47,457 bases of DNA. Source: a virus. The notes under the pieces are model-generated. The model searched no databases. It was not told the DNA's origin and saw only the letters and a list, made by a program, of their open reading frames with translations. Below, piece by piece: positions 42,988 to 47,457 of this stretch; the stretch's first letter is position 1; every line of letters starts with the position of its first letter. The stretch lies in the IMG/VR virus record IMGVR_UViG_3300002460_000007; one strand, given 5' to 3'. Both the position numbers and the translations under genes were made by a program.

Positions 42988-44508
42988 CTACCTCAGTTGG
43001 TCGTGGAACCACTGAGGAAAAGCCTTTTTATTCCGGTCATACAGGTTTGCAAAACTCCCGTCCAAAATGTAGGTTTCGCAGTAATCATCGGCACTTCGCA
43101 TTCCTCTTCCAATAGTTTGACTAGTGTAGGCGGCAGTGGAATTGAAATAAAACTTTTGTCCCATTCCCCCATCGTTTGCACGAAGATTGACGAGTGGGTC
43201 AGCCAAGTCTGGATATCTAATCTTGGCAATAAGTTGGATTCGACATTGCTCGTCGTCGAAGGACTCTCCTTCTCCGATTGATGGGTGTATAATCCATCCT
43301 GCCTTGCTTGCTCGAAACCTGTCAAGAGTCTCAACACGTTTCCCTCCACGACGTAGAAGTACCAGCCTAGACCGGCAGTCCTGACACCGTAAGATTGTCC
43401 TTGCCAGCCTATCCACCTGAGATACAGAGGCGACGTGGATGATTCCTTTATCCCCACTTCTGCTGTGTATGTATTCATGACATGCTAACCCCATCCTTTC
43501 CCAGTCCTTGACGGACGAATCCTTGTTCATCGAAGCCACGGGTCTATAATACACCGGCCAGCGCCATTTGTCAAATGGGGACGGTGCAGATATATACTTG
43601 TAGTCATCCTTGTACCCTAACAATTCTGCAAAAAAGTCTCCTCCCCATAATGTGGCTGACATAACTAATACATGATTGGCAGACTGGAGCAAAGATTCGG
43701 CGCTCTTACGGGGCCAGAGTGGAGTAGCCTCAAACAAGTCATCGGCACGGGTTACTATAAGCCCCGCCGGACTTGTGGCTAGTCCCTGTAGCTGGTACAT
43801 AAGAGATAACCAAGCCTTTGCCCATTTACTGCCAGATAACGTCAGACCGAAGGCACGTTTACGAACCTTGTCTACATTGAGCTTTGCCCAAGTTTGCATA
43901 GGTTCTATCTCGTTGGACGCTGGAACCTTTAGGTTAAGCTTCTCGCACAATCTCCGGTCAACAGTGATTGTCTCTGCTTGAGTGAGGAAATCTAACAGTC
44001 GGTGCCCCTCATCACAGACTAACAGGTGTGGACGGCGCTCATGCCATCGCTTACCCTTCAGTAGCTCAGACATATACAATGCATAGTTTGTTACCACTAC
44101 TGCCGAGCGTCTGTACTCCTCCTCCTGTGCATAAAAGTCAGAGTTACAAGATATAGACGAGTCAGCTACACACGGAGCGTTCGCTGCCGTAGTCTTGTAT
44201 CTCAGGGTGCACTCGAAGTTATCCCTGCCTACCAGTTTGCAGACACGAGGGAAGTCCGCATCGTATTGGTTCTGCAAAGATATGGTGGCCGTATTGATGA
44301 CAGTGAACGGTGAACCTATCAATTCTGCCAATGATATAGCAATTGCAGACTTCCCGATTCCAGTGGGCAGCTCTAGCATAGTAAGCCTGCCTAATTTAGT
44401 TGAAGATATTGTCCCCAATTCACGGGCTATTTTAATTAAGATATTTCTTTGCATCTCTCGTGCCTCAGCGTAGCGTGGCCCTAGTCCGGCGAAAATTTCC
44501 TCTATCAT
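42988..44508 (-). CDS. SF2 helicase, DinG/Rad3(XPD)-like (track ORF trimmed to ATG 44508)
   Basis: Walker A LPTGIGKS, DEGH box LLVCDEGHRL and a C-terminal IGRGMRSADDYC. ATGA coupling with the upstream ORF. Confidence 0.75.
   Translation of the reverse strand: MIEEIFAGLGPRYAEAREMQRNILIKIARELGTISSTKLGRLTMLELPTGIGKSAIAISLAELIGSPFTVINTATISLQNQYDADFPRVCKLVGRDNFECTLRYKTTAANAPCVADSSISCNSDFYAQEEEYRRSAVVVTNYALYMSELLKGKRWHERRPHLLVCDEGHRLLDFLTQAETITVDRRLCEKLNLKVPASNEIEPMQTWAKLNVDKVRKRAFGLTLSGSKWAKAWLSLMYQLQGLATSPAGLIVTRADDLFEATPLWPRKSAESLLQSANHVLVMSATLWGGDFFAELLGYKDDYKYISAPSPFDKWRWPVYYRPVASMNKDSSVKDWERMGLACHEYIHSRSGDKGIIHVASVSQVDRLARTILRCQDCRSRLVLLRRGGKRVETLDRFRASKAGWIIHPSIGEGESFDDEQCRIQLIAKIRYPDLADPLVNLRANDGGMGQKFYFNSTAAYTSQTIGRGMRSADDYCETYILDGSFANLYDRNKKAFPQWFHDQLR
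43546..43574 (-). promoter_or_regulatory. Possible intragenic promoter: TTGACAAAT-...-TATTAT with a 17-nt spacer
   Basis: Perfect -35 and a 5/6 -10. The flanks resemble the 42356-42384 promoter. Confidence 0.4.
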
Positions 44509-44699
44509 GGTAGACCAGACTCCAACGGGAGGAAATCTCGCGGGTCTGGGTTTATTTGTGTACCACACCACGGGCAGTAGCTTATAGGAACCTCAAAATT
44601 GTCGTCACAACCCCAGATAAGGTTATTCCATAGGTGGGGGGTACATCCCTCAGCTTTTCTAAACCTCCACATCTCGTGGCAACACATCTTCTTATTCAC
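44505..44699 (-). CDS. Small zinc-ribbon protein, 64 aa
   Basis: MCCHE...GC...CPWCG. Coupled by ATGA to the helicase. Confidence 0.45.
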   Translation of the reverse strand: MNKKMCCHEMWRFRKAEGCTPHLWNNLIWGCDDNFEVPISYCPWCGTQINPDPRDFLPLESGLP

Positions 44700-44749
44700 T
44701 TCTCAAAACCTTTTCGACTCTCCCCTTTACCGCCCGAAACGGACTAGAC

Positions 44750-45106
44750 CTAAGTGGCGTCCTCACCCTTAGCTCCTGTCAAGGTCTCTGCAAACAACTC
44801 CCACGAACTACTATAGAGCGCTATATTACGCACAGTACCATCTACATCAATTACTCTAGTTTGTAGGCTGTGTATTACCTCTTCTAATTTCTTATTTATT
44901 TTCACTATTGCTTTGAGCGATTCCGTACCTCCCCACAATATTAGAGTCTCTTGGGGGTGGGCGCACTGTGCAAATATGTGAAGTAGGAAATTAATAATCT
45001 GTTCCTTACCTACGTTATGCCTTTGAAATTCAGCCAATAGTTTTTTCAGTAGCGCATCACGGTCTGACAAAACCAGTAGAGACGGGCGGCTCTTACGTTC
45101 TTTCAT
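44750..45106 (-). CDS. Hypothetical protein, 118 aa
   Basis: ATGA coupling to the upstream gene. Confidence 0.55.
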   Translation of the reverse strand: MKERKSRPSLLVLSDRDALLKKLLAEFQRHNVGKEQIINFLLHIFAQCAHPQETLILWGGTESLKAIVKINKKLEEVIHSLQTRVIDVDGTVRNIALYSSSWELFAETLTGAKGEDAT

Positions 45107-46659
45107 GCCTTAAACTCCTCCCATAGAATCGCTGGCCGCACATGATGTGTCTTTTCTGTACAGGATGTGCAGTAAATGTCGTCCGTCGTGTCGTTCCTTC
45201 CGTGTGGTCGTTCAATCATAGACTGTAGCATGGTACAACAACTCTTGCACTGCCAGTAGAACCCATTAGTCTCAAAATCTGCAAGCCTAGTGACTCCTCG
45301 ACCCTGTGCCTCCTTCACCTTCTCCCTAAATGCTATTCGTCTTGCCTTACGCTGCTTCTTACCTTCCTTCTTCTCAGCCCGCGTCTTGTATTTCGTGCCT
45401 TGATTCTTATTAGTTGATGCACTAAGACTGACAGGAGCGGGCGGGGTAGGTTCACCAGCAAACCCGTAGATGAACGCTCGTTGTGCGTAGGTTTCGATGG
45501 CTTCTTGACAGTGGTTCTTTCGCACCAGGTTGATAGCATCTAGCGCCGTCATCTCTAACAACTCTACCGCCAACAGTGCCATGAACGTGCCCGTCCTGCC
45601 ATGTCCCCCCATGCACCCAATGTCTACCTTCTTGCCCTCTTTTATTAGCTCTGTCGCAGCCTTGACAATGTGTAGTATGTATGGACTACGCGGTGCGCTC
45701 ATGTCTGTCCAGTCGTAGAACAGGCACGGGAAAGCCACATCTATCTTTACCAATTCTCTTGGGAAGTCCGGCGTCACCGTCAGTTTATGCGACCACGAGA
45801 TAGTAGAGAAGTAGAAGCCATAGTCCGGTCGTATGTCCGTGTCCTTCGCACTATTCTTATCGGAGGATGCAGAGGCATAGACAGTGTATTCTCCTAGTTT
45901 CACAGGGTCACGCCAGTGGTCGCAGTTGTGAAATCCTCCGCCGTACCACTGTGAGTTCTCGTATCTCCCATAATTGTATACGTTGCTCCGGTGGTACGTG
46001 CTTGCCAGACTAGGTGTTACGCCCTGCCCTGTCCCAACCTCAGTGAACGAACCATCAGACATTTTGCGAAATCTATGGAATCGTGTCTGCCCACAAACTA
46101 GGCACTCTAACTTAGGAGATGTATTGTTCGTCGTCCCCATGACCACACGATAGAGAAACTTGTGCTGTTGGTTTGTGCCACATCTGGCACAGAAGATGTA
46201 ATCCTCATCCTCTTCTTCTGTATCAGCGGGGTCGTTCTCATCGGTAGTGTCAGGTATGTTGAGCACGTTCTTCTCCCACCACACAAGGAACTCAAAATTT
46301 ACACCATCTGAATACAGTTTCTCAATGCTAATGTCAGCTACGCTCACGTCCTTGCCGAAAGTGGTCTTACACTTCACACAGATAGCATCGGCGTTGGTTG
46401 CTAGTCCGTCTTCTGATTCTAGTGCGTGGTATTCCACACTTCCACAAGTGAAACAGTATAGATTACCTCCCGCCCATACCTCTTGCTCTATACAAGTGCA
46501 GCACAAATCACACCGGCCACAATCATGACATAGGCACAAGTCACAGACAGGGAATGTGTCACAGTTTGTTTCCTTGCAATAGTAAAGTAGCCCGTCGACT
46601 TTCATCTCTGTCTTACATAGCCTACAGTGTACCGCCTCAGTTGGTTTTGTTATTGTCAT
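45103..46659 (-). CDS. Multi-zinc-ribbon / Cys-ladder protein with a cysteine (CX5R) dual-specificity-phosphatase-like domain
   Basis: P-loop VDIGCMGGHGRTGTF (codons at 45586-45627). Upstream is a general-acid loop FYDWTDMSAP; downstream is AINLVRKNHCQEAIETYAQRAF. N-terminal ladder CDLCLCHDCGRCDLCCTC. Confidence 0.7.
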   Translation of the reverse strand: MTITKPTEAVHCRLCKTEMKVDGLLYYCKETNCDTFPVCDLCLCHDCGRCDLCCTCIEQEVWAGGNLYCFTCGSVEYHALESEDGLATNADAICVKCKTTFGKDVSVADISIEKLYSDGVNFEFLVWWEKNVLNIPDTTDENDPADTEEEDEDYIFCARCGTNQQHKFLYRVVMGTTNNTSPKLECLVCGQTRFHRFRKMSDGSFTEVGTGQGVTPSLASTYHRSNVYNYGRYENSQWYGGGFHNCDHWRDPVKLGEYTVYASASSDKNSAKDTDIRPDYGFYFSTISWSHKLTVTPDFPRELVKIDVAFPCLFYDWTDMSAPRSPYILHIVKAATELIKEGKKVDIGCMGGHGRTGTFMALLAVELLEMTALDAINLVRKNHCQEAIETYAQRAFIYGFAGEPTPPAPVSLSASTNKNQGTKYKTRAEKKEGKKQRKARRIAFREKVKEAQGRGVTRLADFETNGFYWQCKSCCTMLQSMIERPHGRNDTTDDIYCTSCTEKTHHVRPAILWEEFKA

Positions 46660-46667
46660 TCGCTCTC

Positions 46668-47457
46668 CTATCTAAACGTGTGGGAACCAAACTGTTTCCA
46701 CGCATGATAACGCTTAGTGTGTGGTTCTTCTTCCGGCAGATGCTTCTCAACGTACTCTATTCTACCCTCCAAGTTGGCATCGAGTATATCTTTGAGCCCA
46801 TACGTCGTCCACAGTTTGTTGAATATGCAGCCGTTGTTATGCTCCAGTCCGAAAGCGGTATCAACAAATGTGACCACACTAATCTCACCCTCCTCGAACT
46901 GCCTGAGTGTGGCCGCCACTTGTGCCCAAGCATGACCACCTACTGACCTTCCCCACTTGCCTTCTTCTAGAGCGTACTCCGCCTCTCTAAGAATGTCAGT
47001 GCCATACTCATCGCGCAGGGTTTTCCACTCTGCCCACGCCTTGCCTCGATTGATGTTACCATACTTACGATACCTTTTGTGTATTCTAGGCATCAGTCTC
47101 TTAGCCTCACCATCACCAATCGTCTCCGACCCATACCTAATCTCCCCACCAACAGCCATGTCTAGATAAGGAGCAAAGACTTCGGCCAGTTCCTTCGCGT
47201 AGTTCTCAAACTCTTGCTTGTAGCTTGGGTCACGCTCGGCCATAGTTGCTAGAGTATAGAATGTGGCCGCCGCTTGGTGTAGCTTAAACACAATGGGCAA
47301 CCCCCAATCTCCTACAGCCACATCAGATTCGGAATCGTGCCCGCAGTCACATTCACCGCTGCTAGTACACTCACCACAACGTCTGCATGAGTGGCAGCAA
47401 TCAGTACAGGTGCCACAATCGCCACACCAAGAGGCGCTGCTAGTACACTCACCACAA
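46668..47457 (-). CDS. C-terminal part of the junction-spanning Cys-ladder protein (orphan 217-aa domain plus repeat region)
   Basis: The frame is open from 47457 down to the stop at 46668. The track start (GTG 47321) is internal. The frame matches 1-624 after removal of the 43-nt overlap. Confidence 0.75.
   Translation of the reverse strand, partial: CGECTSSASWCGDCGTCTDCCHSCRRCGECTSSGECDCGHDSESDVAVGDWGLPIVFKLHQAAATFYTLATMAERDPSYKQEFENYAKELAEVFAPYLDMAVGGEIRYGSETIGDGEAKRLMPRIHKRYRKYGNINRGKAWAEWKTLRDEYGTDILREAEYALEEGKWGRSVGGHAWAQVAATLRQFEEGEISVVTFVDTAFGLEHNNGCIFNKLWTTYGLKDILDANLEGRIEYVEKHLPEEEPHTKRYHAWKQFGSHTFR
47359..47457 (-). repeat. 78-bp coding tandem repeat, right-end copies
   Basis: 47359-47414 equals unit positions 23-78. 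47415-47457 equals unit positions 1-43. Confidence 0.85.
47415..47457. repeat. Terminal identity, right copy: identical to 1-43
   Basis: Same 43-mer as the window start. It lies inside a coding tandem repeat. Confidence 0.9.

Overview
The window is an essentially complete tailed dsDNA phage genome. Its last 43 nt repeat its first 43 nt, so the unique length is about 47,414 bp and the sequence closes into a circle or is terminally redundant.

Gene layout:
- Rightward (+) arm, about 3.6-30.0 kb: small and large terminase, portal, a 1,676-aa giant virion protein, scaffold and capsid candidates, fibre and tail genes, small membrane proteins and an amidase endolysin.
- Leftward (-) arm: starts at divergent promoters near 1.25 kb, crosses the window junction and runs from 47.4 kb down to about 30.06 kb.
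- The leftward arm carries small early genes, two large Cys-ladder proteins (one with a cysteine-phosphatase domain), an SF2 helicase and a UDG-domain::family-A DNA polymerase.
- It also carries a YqaJ exonuclease / Rad52-like annealase / ERCC4 nuclease set, a trypsin-like protease, a DEDDh exonuclease, a HAD 5'-nucleotidase, a tRNA plus a tRNA-like element, and class II ribonucleotide reductase.

I see no tape-measure gene, integrase or lysogeny module, phage RNA polymerase, primase or CRISPR array. Six homing-endonuclease-type ORFs are present (four LAGLIDADG, one HNH, one AP2/HNH-like).

Transcription appears to depend on about 14 near-consensus TTGACA-N17-TATAAT promoters, three of them inside coding sequence.

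Most notable observations:
- A gene missing from the ORF track spans the window junction and is fused to a 78-bp coding tandem repeat.
- It sits next to a paralogous Cys-ladder::CX5R-phosphatase gene, making the pair a candidate undescribed two-gene module.
- A conserved GCGGGGGTCTTTATA box lies about 16 nt downstream of five of the promoters.
- An orphan promoter-plus-terminator mini-unit fires antisense at the convergence point.
- A small ORF is bracketed by 29-bp inverted repeats.
- A non-canonical tRNA-like element lies next to the tRNA.

All functional calls rest on motifs read by eye. No database search was possible.
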